The translations under genes were made by a program, and so were the position numbers. DNA of 63,492 nucleotides, the filler included, from Reclinomonas americana ATCC 50394 (taxonomy: Eukaryota): the NCBI GenBank assembly GCA_048213135.1. It is 21 parts of 21 records of this genome, joined end to end, with 100 filler letters (N's around TTAATTAATTAA, not from the genome) between each part and the next. Parts side by side here need not be neighbours in the genome. Positions count along the whole stretch, not along the records: positions 18,052 to 24,233 come from AFZH01022769.1; positions 24,334 to 27,957 come from AFZH01022770.1; positions 28,058 to 30,671 come from AFZH01022771.1; positions 30,772 to 32,575 come from AFZH01022772.1; positions 32,676 to 47,200 come from AFZH01022773.1; 16 more parts are not named here. One strand, 5' to 3'. Below are positions 23,586 to 34,910 of this stretch, in pieces (within the stretch, counting starts at the first letter, position 1; each line of letters begins with the position of its first letter). The notes under the pieces were generated by a model that was not told the origin of the DNA, did no database searches, and saw nothing but the letters and a program-made list of their open reading frames with translations.

Positions 23586-24725
23586 ATGTTGCGTGGGTTC
23601 GCCGCATTGCAGCCTCTGGCGGGCGTGCGAGTGCTCGACCTCAGTCGTGTGCTGGCGGGTGAGTGCAGCCGCCATCTGGCGCAAAAAATCCTGCCTCTGA
23701 CGATTCGCGACTTGGGAGCGCAGGGCCATTCATGACACAGCTGTTTGGCGATCTCGGCGCCGATGTGATCAAGGTGGAGGCCATTGGCAAGGGCGATGAC
23801 ACGCGGCACTGGGGTCCACCGTTTGTCGAGGTGCGTGTGTGTGTATATGCTGAGGATTGTCTCTTCGAACACTCTGCTCACCAGCTGCATGTGTACAAAG
23901 GGCGACGAGGCACAGCGCACGGCGGCGTACTTTTGGTGCGCCAATCGCAACAAGCGGTCGGTGGCGATTGATGTGTCGACGAGTGAGGGGCAGTCGATTG
24001 TGCGCGACTTGTCGACGCGTAGTGATGTGGTGGTGGAGAATTTCAAGCGTGGCAAGCTGAGCGAGTACGGCCTCGACTTTGAGTCGCTAGCCGCGCATAA
24101 CGCACCGCGAGGCATTGTGTACGCCAGCATCACGGGGTTCGGGCAGACGGGTCCGCGGAAGGATCTCGCTGGCTACGATTTCGTCGCGCAAGCCATGTCG
24201 GGTCTGATGAGTGTCACGGGCACAGATGAGCCGNNNNNNNNNNNNNNNNNNNNNNNNNNNNNNNNNNNNNNNNNNNNTTAATTAATTAANNNNNNNNNNN
24301 NNNNNNNNNNNNNNNNNNNNNNNNNNNNNNNNNAGCGGTGAACGGGGGAGTGGCAAAGGCATTCTAACACACTCCTCATCCATGCAGAGTGGGTGGACGC
24401 ACTGCTGGCGCGCGGTGTGCCATGCGGACCGGTGAATGACATGCAGCAGGCGCTGCGTGACCCGCAAGTGGCCGCGCGTGAAATGCTCTGCTCGGCGCAA
24501 GTGGACAGCACAGGTCGCCAGGTGGAGATGGTCGGCAATCCGCTGCATTTCTTCACGACGGCAGCAGCCGACCACCAAGACGCCGCTGCGCATGCCCAGC
24601 CCAGACATCCCAGCCGCCGGCCGCCCAATCTCGGCGAGCACACACGCGAGGTGTTGCGAGAACAACTCGGCATGACGGCGGAGCAAATCGACGCGCTGTA
24701 CCAGCAGCAGGTGGTGGCCGGATAA
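23586..24725 (+). CDS. CaiB/BaiF family III CoA-transferase (SUGCT-like), split by linker
   Basis: [66 protein letters not shown]-terminal [12 protein letters not shown]. Confidence 0.92.
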
Positions 24726-24755
24726 TGAAACACACGCAAAACACGCGACTATTAT

Positions 24756-25873
24756 TCATGACATGGCCGTTCTGCCTCTCCCCGCCGACGTTATTGCTCT
24801 CGTGGCCCACACAGGGTGGGATACACGCTCATCGCCGTCGAAATACACGAAGCTTCTGCTGCCATTGGCCTCCGTTGTCGCTTCCCACTGCAAATCCAGC
24901 GATCGCGTCAGCGCCTCCATGACCACGTCCGCCCCAAACGTGCCGACAATAGCCGCCACGCCGCGAATCAGTCTCTCAACACGCTCATCCACCGCGGCAC
25001 TCTCCACCGCCGCGGGTGGTTCCACCTGTCGCTGCTGCGCTGGCGCCACATCCCAGAATGGATCGTGCGAGGCCAGTGTCCACGACACGTCGAGCGGAGT
25101 CGGCGGCAACCCACCGCTCACCATTTGCGCCACCACCGTCACCCGCACACGAGCACGAACGCGCTGCGCCGCCGCCTGCACCGAGCGAATCACATGCCGC
25201 ACGCGATTCACACGTCCAGCCACCGGCGACAGCAGTAGCACTGCCAGTCGCTGCGATGGGCGGGAGGCGAGTGCGGGTCGCGATTCGTGCGCGTGCACTC
25301 GTGCGGTCTCCACCACCTCAGCCTCCTGCAGCTCCAGTTCGTCAGCGGGTGGCGCGTCTGTCTCGGGGAGGGCGGGTGGTGTTGTTGCCGACTGTAGTTG
25401 TTGTTGTTGTTGTTGCAGGCGTACAGAGCGTGACTGCGTGTGTGCATGCGTGTCAATCAGAGTGTGTGTGGAGTGAGAAGAGTGGCGTCGTTTGGTGACT
25501 GACCCATTTGAGATGAGGGGCGCTTGGTGACAAGGCCAGCGCAACGGCCGAGCAGATGAGCACGGCCAGTGCTAAAGTGTGCGAGTGAGGAGAGGAGGCA
25601 GAGGCAGAGGGAAAGGCAGAGGCAGCGATTTGCTCACCTATATCCATTGGAATGGCGACGTTCGGCGCAGGACATTGAGTTTCTTTTCTTGAGGGATGCA
25701 CCCATCGTCTGAGCAATCCATGCTGCACTATCGAGCGACGATGGCAGCGCGCTGACATTACCGCTCTCTCTTGCAATGCATCAATGTCGACGTCGACGTA
25801 CCCTGGTTTTTAGCGTGCCGCGTGCGACTCTCCTGCAGCCTGTCTCGCTGCCACGCGCGCGCGCGAGTGCTCA
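24756..25873 (-). CDS. Uncharacterised spliced protein
   Basis: Long open terminal exon ending at 24756, upstream ORF pieces. Confidence 0.35.
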
Positions 25874-26404
25874 TCGCCAATGCGCTTGTCGGGTACAGTG
25901 ACGTCGGCAGGAATCTTGGGCAACCCGCGGCTGACCCCTGACCCCGCGCGCCCGCGGCGAACTCGCGCGCAAGATTCACAATGCAGCAGTGAGTGATGCT
26001 GTGTACAAATACCGAACCCCGCCACCACCGCACCCGCGGCACACACGCACACCCCGCCACCCCGCTGTGTCTATATATTCTCGCTCGCTCGCTTGTGGCC
26101 ATGGAGTTTTAGCGCGCGAAACTCCGTCCACGGAGCGAAAACCGTCGCAGACGCGGCCAATTATGCGTGCCCTGTTCGGCAATCAGTGATCAACTGGGCT
26201 CAAAAGAAATCACACACGCACGCTCGTTGCACTCGTACGCTGGCCTCCTCCGCGCACACGCCTGCCTCACACTACGCACCACTGCGCGCGCGCGCATCGC
26301 TCACCGATCCGAAGAACAATCGTAGAAAGCATCTTTCATCCAATTCGGGCTTGTCGTTTTCACACACCCCCACCAGACACACACACGCGCACACCAAGGG
26401 AAAA

Positions 26405-27103
26405 ATGGATACGTGGCTCTCTGCCGAGCTGAGCGAGACGACTGGCGATGAGACTGGCGACGACAGCATGGAGTTCTTTGCGAGGACACCCCTTGACGAG
26501 CACTTCAAGTCGCCCACACAACAACAACAGCAACAGCAGCAACAGCAACACCAGTCGTCATCATCGCTCTCTGTGGTCAGCGACCACCACCACAATGACG
26601 ACGTCGACGATGAGTTTAATGGAGTCGGCGACGGTCTGATGACCGCGCCACCTGCGCCATACTCAAGTGGCGGCCTCTACCATGATGTTGGTGATGACGA
26701 CGATGATCAGCAGGCAGACGGTGATGGTGGCGGTGGCGGCGATGTGTTTGCGGTGCCACAGCCCATGTCACTGGTGTCGTCGCTGTCAGCGGCCTCGCGG
26801 AACCGCTCGAGGCAGCGTGCGGCGGCCGCAGCAGCAGCAGCGGCTGCGAGAAGTTCACTGCCGCCGCCACCGATACTCCCGCCGCCGCCGCCGCTGTCAC
26901 AGCCCTCGCCGGCAGTGTTGCCGCCGCCACCGCCACCGCCAGCAGCACAGACACAGACGCAGCTGCCGCCACCGTTGATGCCGTACACGCCGCCGGGTCC
27001 ACCGCCGCCGCTGTACTCGCCAATGAACGCGGCATGGTATCACGCGCAGCAGCAGCCGCTGGCGGGTGGACCAGTGCCGGTGGTTATGGCGTACATGGCT
27101 GTG

Positions 27104-27135
<32 letters not shown>

Positions 27136-27957
27136 GCAGCAGATGATGATGATGATGCAACAGCAACAGCAGCAGCAGGCGCAGGCGCAGCAGCAGATGA
27201 TGATGTCGCGGATGCATACGCCGCAGAGTTTGCCGTACTCGACGCCGTCGCCGGTGCCGTCGCCGGCCAACTCGTTGCGGCGGCGCGATGTGACGATGGA
27301 TTCGCCGTACATGGCGGACTCGGAGGTCGGCGGGCGAACGCCGTCGATGAATAGCTGTAGTTCGTCGCCAGATCTCGGATGGTCGCCGCTCAGTCGTGGG
27401 TCGCCAATGGAGGGTGGAGTGTCGTCGTCGAGTGCTATTCTGGCCAGCGCGCTCAATGCGGCGTCGCTGGCTCGGCGACGGGCTCCCGAAATCGACGAGT
27501 TGTGGGCCACGCTGTGCGCCACCTTTCCGCAGTACGCGCTCCTGCCGTCGTCGCTCCACGTTCCTGTCCTGCAGCAGCTGCTCGGTCCGACGCTCGAGGC
27601 CACTCTCGACTCGCTGCGCTTGATGGTTGGTGCCTGTGTGCTCGCCGCATCGCCGCCGCCGCTGTCCCTCACCCACATGCTCGCACAGCGATCGTCGCCG
27701 TCGTTTACCTCACCAGGTCATCGTCAGATCCGCATGGATGTTGCGTCTTGTGTGCGGCTGTGCGCACGCTGTGGGGGTGGCCGTGATCTGACTGAGTGGT
27801 GCGCGCCTCGCAGTACATGTGGCACGCGCTGGAGAATGCACCCATCAGCGGCAGTGTGCTCGACAAGCACGGCAATGTGCTGCTGGTGCGCCACAGCACT
27901 TGCCTCTCCGTCTGTGTATTCCGCTGCTCACCACGCATCGTCGCAGATGAACGAAAA
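26405..27957 (+). CDS. PolyQ/polyP-rich protein with the start of a PAS-like segment (3'-truncated; may continue into 28058-28839)
   Basis: Long ORF with Q, P and A runs; spliced exon YMWHALENAPISGSVLDKHGNVLL-MNE. Confidence 0.55.
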
Positions 27958-28057
27958 NNNNNNNNNNNNNNNNNNNNNNNNNNNNNNNNNNNNNNNNNNN
28001 NTTAATTAATTAANNNNNNNNNNNNNNNNNNNNNNNNNNNNNNNNNNNNNNNNNNNN

Positions 28058-28839
28058 GTCCCCCCTTGCCCGCGTTATTGATAGACAAAAGTCTCACTTT
28101 CTTTTGATGGTGGTCGTGGTGGTGTAGACCGACCAGCAGGCAGACTTTTGCGACCGAGAGCGCGAGGCGTTCCGCCTCCTTGCCGACGCGTCGTTCGAGG
28201 CGCCGATGTCCGACAAGGTCGAATGCCTGCTGACACACACGCTGTTCAATCGCGTGGCACTGCCGGTGCTCAAGGTCACCGCCAAGTTCCCCTTCTTGGT
28301 GTGGGACATGAATCTGGAGGTATCGTGTGCTTTACACATACACAACTCGGCGTACGTGTGCGTCCACAAGAATGCTGACAATTGGCACAGTGTCTGGCCT
28401 TCCTCATGGACTTCCCTGCCGACTGTGGAATGACCAGTGAGGAACGCACACTGGTACTGCGCAGTCTGTACGACCACAAGCGCACCACGCCGTTCCTGGA
28501 CCTGCTGCGCATCTACGACGCCAATGCTCGGTGAGTGGAAGGAGGTGGCGGACTCTTCTTTTCGCTCTTCGTTGCTGACATGCCGCGTGCAGACGAGCGA
28601 TTCAGGCGGCACTGATGCACACGTCGCACCCCGACGCTGTGGCTGCGCACGAAAACTACACCCGACTGACGAATGTCACGGTGGTGGTATGCAACGGCGA
28701 GTGTGAAGAGATTCCGCGGCTGGTCGACCTGTCCATGGTCCTCATCGCCGACGAGTCACTGGAGCGAAAGGGATCCGAAGTGCAACTCGTGCGGCGGTCC
28801 CTCTATCTCGAAGTAACAATCTACCCTATTGATAGTTAA
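28058..28839 (+). CDS. C-terminal exons of an uncharacterised protein
   Basis: Three exons joinable by GT-AG introns, ending YPIDS-TAA. Confidence 0.45.
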
Positions 28840-29570
28840 CCTGCAATGACGGTCAATTAGTGAAGCGTGTGCGATGCCCTTGCTACATGATGGAGAAGGA
28901 GCTGAAGCGTAGAGAGACCTTGCGTCTAATGTGGTGAAGCGTCAGGAATGGCGAAGGAGCTAACCACCACAGCCACACCTTTGAAGCGCAGAGAGACCTG
29001 CAATGACGGTCATGCTTCCAACTCTGTATTTATTGCGGAGCACATTATCCCTGGCAGGAATGGCAAAGGAGCTGGCCGCCGCGTGGCCACCACCACCACC
29101 ACCACCACGACTTTAACAGAGAGACCGTGCATCTCATAAGACTCAGTTGACAGTGAACCTGCTGCAATGGAGTCAATTCGTGAAGCGTGTGCGATGACCA
29201 TGCAGCTCTAATACTTCCCACTGCATTTATTGCGGGGCACGCCATTGTTGAAAAACGCTGACAGAAATGGCAAATGAACTGGCCGCCGTGTGGCCACCAC
29301 CGCCCCACCTTTGAAGCACAGAGAGACGGTCAATAATTCTAATACTTCCCACTGCATTCATTGCGGGGCACGCCATTGTTGGAAATCGCTGGCAGGAATG
29401 GCAAAGGAGCTGGCTACCGCGTGGCCACCACCGCCCCACCTTTGAAGCACAGAGAGACGGTCAATAATTCTAATACTTCCCACTGCATTCATTGCGGGGC
29501 ACGCCATTGTTGGAAATCGCTGGCAGGAATGGCAAAGGAGCTGGCCGCCGCGTGGCCACCACCACCGTAC
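28840..29570. repeat. Decaying tandem repeat (131-bp unit) derived from the 3' end of the DHH gene
   Basis: CAATAATTCTAATAC at 29331 and 29462 (period 131); progressively degraded copies down to about 28840. Confidence 0.85.
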
Positions 29571-30616
29571 GCTTCCGACACCTTCGAAGTGTCTTCGTTG
29601 TCGGTGCTGCGCAGAGAGACCTTGATGCGATCGGGGGCCGAGTCGCCGGCGGCCGAGGCCACGGCGCCAATGCCACGCATGCCGTCGGCTTTGACGCAGC
29701 GAAAAACACAATTTACCAAACAGCCACCAAGAGATACAATTGCAAGCAGAGGAGGCACATACCGTGGCTCTTCTCCGCCAGCCAGTGGCCCAGATCGTTG
29801 ATCGGCACGCCGCGTGTGTCAGGCGGCAGCATCACAGCGTAGCAGCTGCCGAAGCGGCCCTCATTGCCTGGAGTGCGTGGGGGCAGAGTGAGCAGAGGAG
29901 GAGAAGAGTGCGAGTGCATTCATGGATTTCACGCAACTGCCGTCGACAGGACCGCCGAGGCGCAACACGAAGCGCTGCGCAGCAAAACGGGCCACCGTCG
30001 CTGCATCCTCCTGCAACTTCTCCGTGCCGCGCTTCACCATATTGTCGACATCCAAATTCATCAACTTGGCAAACGTCTGCTCCGGCTCGAAGCGCACGGC
30101 TCCCGCCAGCCTGGACTGGTGGAAACCGGCGCAGAATGCCTGCCAGCCAAGACCACAACAGTGAGTGAGCAGAGACAAGTGGGGGAATGAGAGAAAGAAG
30201 AAATATGCACGGACCTTGGAGTCGGCAAACTCCCACTTCCAAATGTCGCCATCCTCAATGTACTGGAACGCGCGATACACGACAGCAGCGCGCTCCGGAG
30301 ACGTGGCGAACAGGCGGGCGGCACGAGTGATGGCTGCGTGCACAGGTTACTCAATGAAGCAGGAAATAGAGAAGTGGTGGGGGTGGTGGGCATGCGCACG
30401 TGACTCATCGCTGGGCGCTCCCACACGCGCCGCAAGCTTCGCAGCAAAGTAGTTGAAGGAGAGCATGGCGCCGCTGCGGTCCATGTGCAGGTGGATGTCG
30501 GTGTTATTTGGAAGGGTTCCCCACTGTGGGATAATATGGGGAAGGGAAATGAAGGAGAAGGGATGAGTGGTATCAGCAATTGCAAGTCGTTTTGCATTCA
30601 GTGAAGTGGAGAGGTA

Positions 30617-30667
<51 letters not shown>

Positions 30668-31570
30668 ACGGNNNNNNNNNNNNNNNNNNNNNNNNNNNNN
30701 NNNNNNNNNNNNNNNTTAATTAATTAANNNNNNNNNNNNNNNNNNNNNNNNNNNNNNNNNNNNNNNNNNNNGGTGAGCGCAGCGGCACTGTTTCGACATG
30801 GGAAGGATCCGCAACATGCAATCAACAACGACAGCGGCCTTCCCTTCCGTCTTTTCTCCCCCCCACACACCTGACGACACTTATCAATCTCGCGCACAGC
30901 AGTCAAATGGTGATCCAGCAGCACCACTTGCGCATTGGGAAAGCGATGCGCGACTGCCGCAAACAAGTCGGGCGATCCCACACAGTCGACAAAGTACACG
31001 GCGCGAGTGGTTTGCGGATCGCCGGGAATGTCATTCGCCGTCGTCTTCACGTTGTGCTGGTACGGGAAGAGTGCGACGGACTCGCCACTGATCATCACCA
31101 TGAGAGAGTAAGCCACAAGTGATGCAACGTCTGATGCACTCTATCTCTCTCTCTGTCTCTTTCTCTCTCTCTCTGCGCCTGTGTATCTGTCTCTCCTTCT
31201 CTCCCTCCTCTCTCTCTCTCTCTCTTTGGTGTGTGAATGCAGAAGAATGCACGCAACACTCGCATGTGATAGGCGTGTGCGGCAAAGGCGGCGTAGAGGC
31301 CATCGGGGCACTGTGCATGTGTGCGTGTGAGCAATGATGTGCATGAGAGCGATAGGAGGCACACAAGCACCGACCGGGTAGTGATAGACGACGACTGCCG
31401 AGGGACCTGCCGCACATGCGTGCAACATGAGCAAGTGAAAAGCGAGTGTGTGTGTGTGAGAAAGAGACAGAAGGCAGCAAACCGGTGGTTTCTGCAGCGC
31501 TGATGGCACTCGCAGAGAGGCCCAGCGTGGCCAGCAGAGGCGGGAACGAGCGACACAGCCAGCGCAGCAT
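29489..31570 (-). CDS. DHH/DHHA1 phosphoesterase (NrnB-like), split by linker, possible organelle-targeting N-terminus
   Basis: VVYHYP-CPDGLYAA, VYFVD, LLDHH, MDRSGAMLSFNYF, YIEDGDIWKW, KVSLRS, YGGGGH. Confidence 0.85.
30619..30663. repeat. (GA)n microsatellite at contig end
   Basis: Direct reading. Confidence 0.95.
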
Positions 31571-31778
31571 ATATAATCGATGAATGTAGCTAGGAGATTG
31601 CGCGAGCACGCCAGGGACAGATCGCTCGTCAACGAATGGATGTTGGGGAAGTGGGCGTTGTTCACGCGTGAGTGGGAGGCGAGGGGGCGCTCACGCGAGG
31701 CGCAGAGAGCAAGAAAGAACGAGCAGGTGCTAGGCTCAGTGATGCCGTAAAGTCGGAGAATTAGTTGAATGTGGTCAA

Positions 31779-31849
31779 GGGCCCATGGTTTAACGGTAGA
31801 ACATCGGTCTACGGAACCGGAGACCAGGGTTCGACTCCCTGTGGGCCCT
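31779..31849 (+). tRNA. tRNA-Arg(ACG), 71 nt, U73
   Basis: Acceptor GGGCCCA/TGGGCCC, D arm GTTT/GAAC, anticodon loop CT-ACG-GA, T loop TTCGACT; poly-T terminator downstream. Confidence 0.93.
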
Positions 31850-32023
31850 CCTAATTTTTTGTTTTTTTTTGCTTCAAGCGATAGCTGTCGTGCTGTCAAA
31901 GCATTACGAAGCAGCAGTGCATGTGTTTTCCTCTCCAGAAGATCGACAACAGAATATATAATACGTGTTGTTTCTGAATGCGCATAAATGCGATCGCGAT
32001 ATCGAAACAGGGCTCCTGATCGC

Positions 32024-32575
32024 CTACATCCACCTCTCACTGAACGCATTCATCTCTGCCTCTTGTCTCAAATGCTCCGCCGACGGTGGGTACAGGAGCC
32101 GCACGAGGGTGTTTACCTCCATGCTCCACATGCAGTAAATTTCACCCGGGTGCAGCTCGCTCACTCGAGCATTGGCCTCCGACATCTCGCGCCTGCGGTC
32201 TCTCAACGCCGCCATGTCGGCCTCGTGCCGACGCAGCCACGCTACGACTCCGCGCAGATACTCGTCACAGAAGCGGTCGATGGATGCATCGGGAATGCCA
32301 ATCGCCGCCAGCTCTTCGAGTGTGCTCACGCTCACTCCTCCGCTGGCAAGCGCCGTGTACGCCTCGTCGGAACTGGCCCTCGTGTTTGGAGTGGCACGCT
32401 GCCCGCATTGCAATTGTGTAAGGTGCAACAACAACAACAGCAGACATCGACCTGCATGCACGACGGCAGACACGCACCTCACAACAGACGTCCTCCTCGC
32501 GATCGTCTCCCGGCTCTGGCGCATCGTCGCGCACGGTCGAACTGTCACTGCACGACATTGTCTCCACCGACACAA
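32024..32575 (-). CDS. Uncharacterised protein, C-terminal fragment
   Basis: Open frame with globular-looking composition ending at 32024. Confidence 0.35.
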   Translation of the reverse strand: MCRWRQCRAVTVRPCATMRQSRETIARRTSVVRCVSAVVHAGRCLLLLLLHLTQLQCGQRATPNTRASSDEAYTALASGGVSVSTLEELAAIGIPDASIDRFCDEYLRGVVAWLRRHEADMAALRDRRREMSEANARVSELHPGEIYCMWSMEVNTLVRLLYPPSAEHLRQEAEMNAFSERWM

Positions 32576-32783
32576 NNNNNNNNNNNNNNNNNNNNNNNNN
32601 NNNNNNNNNNNNNNNNNNNTTAATTAATTAANNNNNNNNNNNNNNNNNNNNNNNNNNNNNNNNNNNNNNNNNNNNGCAAAGTCCAACAAACCCGAACAAA
32701 AAGTCCGAAACGGCTGCGTTTTCTCGCTGCGCCCAAACTTCCACGGAACCCGCCCTTTCCGACCGCCGTACCCTCCACGAATG

Positions 32784-32854
32784 GGGCCTCTAGTTTAACG
32801 GTAAAATGTCGGTTTGCAGCACCGAAGTCCGGGGTTCGACTCCCTGTGGGCCTT
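32784..32854 (+). tRNA. tRNA-Cys(GCA), 71 nt, with G1-U72, U6-G67 and a C7/U66 mismatch
   Basis: Cloverleaf; anticodon stem TCGGT/ACCGA, loop TT-GCA-GC; U73; T5 terminator at 32858. Confidence 0.85.
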
Positions 32855-33140
32855 CTCTTTTTGCTCACCGCATGCCCACCGATCGCCGATCGCCATTTTC
32901 GATACTTTTTTGGAGCTGTCACACTCACCTCGGCGCACACCCAGCTCGAGCTCCCACATCACGCTGCTGCGTACCCTCACCAAACTCCCCCCTCCGTACA
33001 CACGTACCGTGGGTCGTCGGTCGCCATTAACATTTTTCCCCAAATCACGGCGCCAAATTTGGATCCGACGTGCGCCCATCGCGCCACCTCCCCTCACCGC
33101 ATCGCCGCCGCCCACCACCCGCAACACCTCATCCAACGAC

Positions 33141-33211
33141 GGGCCCATGGTTTAACGGTAGAACATCGGTCTACGGAACCGGAGACCAGGGTTCGACTCC
33201 CTGTGGGCCCT
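33141..33211 (+). tRNA. tRNA-Arg(ACG), identical to 31779-31849
   Basis: 71/71 identity with different flanks; T6 terminator at 33214. Confidence 0.93.
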
Positions 33212-33243
33212 CCTTTTTTGCTCCCCTCACATACAAATAAAGG

Positions 33244-34881
33244 TCACAGCAAACTTACACTGGTGGACTTCGCTGCCCGCAGTACGAATGCACCACCGAG
33301 TCGATGATGGCAGTGAAAGACACGAACCGCTCGCGGATGCGTGGCAACTCCTCCTGCGGACAGACACACGACAAGAGAGAGTTGAGTGTTGTCATGCAAT
33401 GTATTTTTGGCACGGCCAATATCACCGCACGCAACTTCCTGATACCCCTGCGAAATGCTGCGCAGTAGCGGGCCGTACTCACGCACAATATCCGTGTACC
33501 GTGTCCTAAACTGCTCCGCCAGGTCGCGGGCAATCGACGACGCCACTGCCTCCGGCGGCAGCTGGATGCGCACCTGCGACGCCGACAGCAGACCAGTGTC
33601 GCCGTTGACGGCCTCGGCAGCACTGGCAATCGCTCCCGACGACGACAGCGACAGGCGTTGCGGCCGCACCAGCTCATGTTGCACGCTCACGCGCACCAGC
33701 TCGTCGCCCTCGCAGCTCAGACGCGTGAGTCGGTCACGATCGGCAGACACACTGCGGCTGGTGGCAGTGGGGCCGGTCTCGCGCTGCGTTTGCGAGTACG
33801 CCAACGATCGGCCCCCGCCACCTCCACCCCGAGATCCACCACCGGCACGCTGCTGCGATCCGGCATAGTACGACGATGTGGAGATGTCCTCCAAGTACGC
33901 ACGCACGCCCACCAGACGACCCGAGGAGGAGCCTCCGCCACCACCACCACCACCACCACTCGTGCCGCCACCTCCCACACCGCCATTCGACGACATGGAC
34001 GAGGCGCCGGGGCTTTGGGCCACGCCCGACCCCACTCCCATCGCCATCAGCTGCGCCTCCAGTCCGCGCGGTGTCGGCAGCGACGAACCTGCAAGCACGG
34101 ATCAGACAACGCGAGAAAAATGACAAACGAGCTGTTTGCAAACCAAATCGTGCATGCCCCGAGCTATTGCCTGCACTGCCTCCGCCACCTCCACCACCAC
34201 CTCCGCCACCACCTCCACCGCTTCCTGCACCCGCACCACCACTATTGGAGGAGCTCACAGATCCATCATTGGCGGCCGCCGGTGCATTCGCAATGTCGTG
34301 CGCGAACTGGAAGAAGAACTTGACCAGCGCCGCCATGGTCTCCGCCGCTGCATCGCCTGCCACACACAAGCCACTTACACACCTAAGGAAGATACAACAA
34401 CAATCTCTCTCTCAAATATGTACCTGCAGGCGCCAGAGGCTCGCGCGCGACACCCGCAGAGGGCGACGACGGCGGCGAGAGTGCCATGGGCCACAAACGA
34501 TCGGCGAGACACACGCCACTGCGCGCATCGTAGACACACACTCGCCGAATGCGCAGTTCGTGGCCTGTGCGCGAGGCTGGCGCGCGAGGCGAGGCCGGGT
34601 TGCTGGAGACTTGCGACCCGTTGGGCGATGATGGTGCAGAGTCACCTATGTGTGCATAAGAGCGAGCGTGGTGGGGAGGAGTGAGGCAGGAGAATGCATG
34701 CACTTACCGCGAGGACTGCGTGCGATGGGTTGCAGTGGTACTCCGCTTGATGGTCCGCCCGACTCGCTCACAGGCAGTGGTGTGGGTCGTGGTCGCGACC
34801 GCTTGTCTTGCGCACTGGCAGTCGCCGCCGAGGCCATTGCTTGAAGGAAACGAAGTTGTCGACGACGGCGGGGTCCTGCAT
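33244..34881 (-). CDS. Uncharacterised Gly-rich spliced protein (ends uncertain)
   Basis: Long exons with poly-Gly; GT-AG joins such as YQE|EELPRIRERF. Confidence 0.45.
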
Positions 34882-34910
34882 GACACCACTCACATCCCTC
34901 CAGCTCCACC

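Noticed and set aside
28840..29570. CRISPR array
   Set aside because: Eukaryotic context, no unique spacers, and the unit derives from the adjacent gene.
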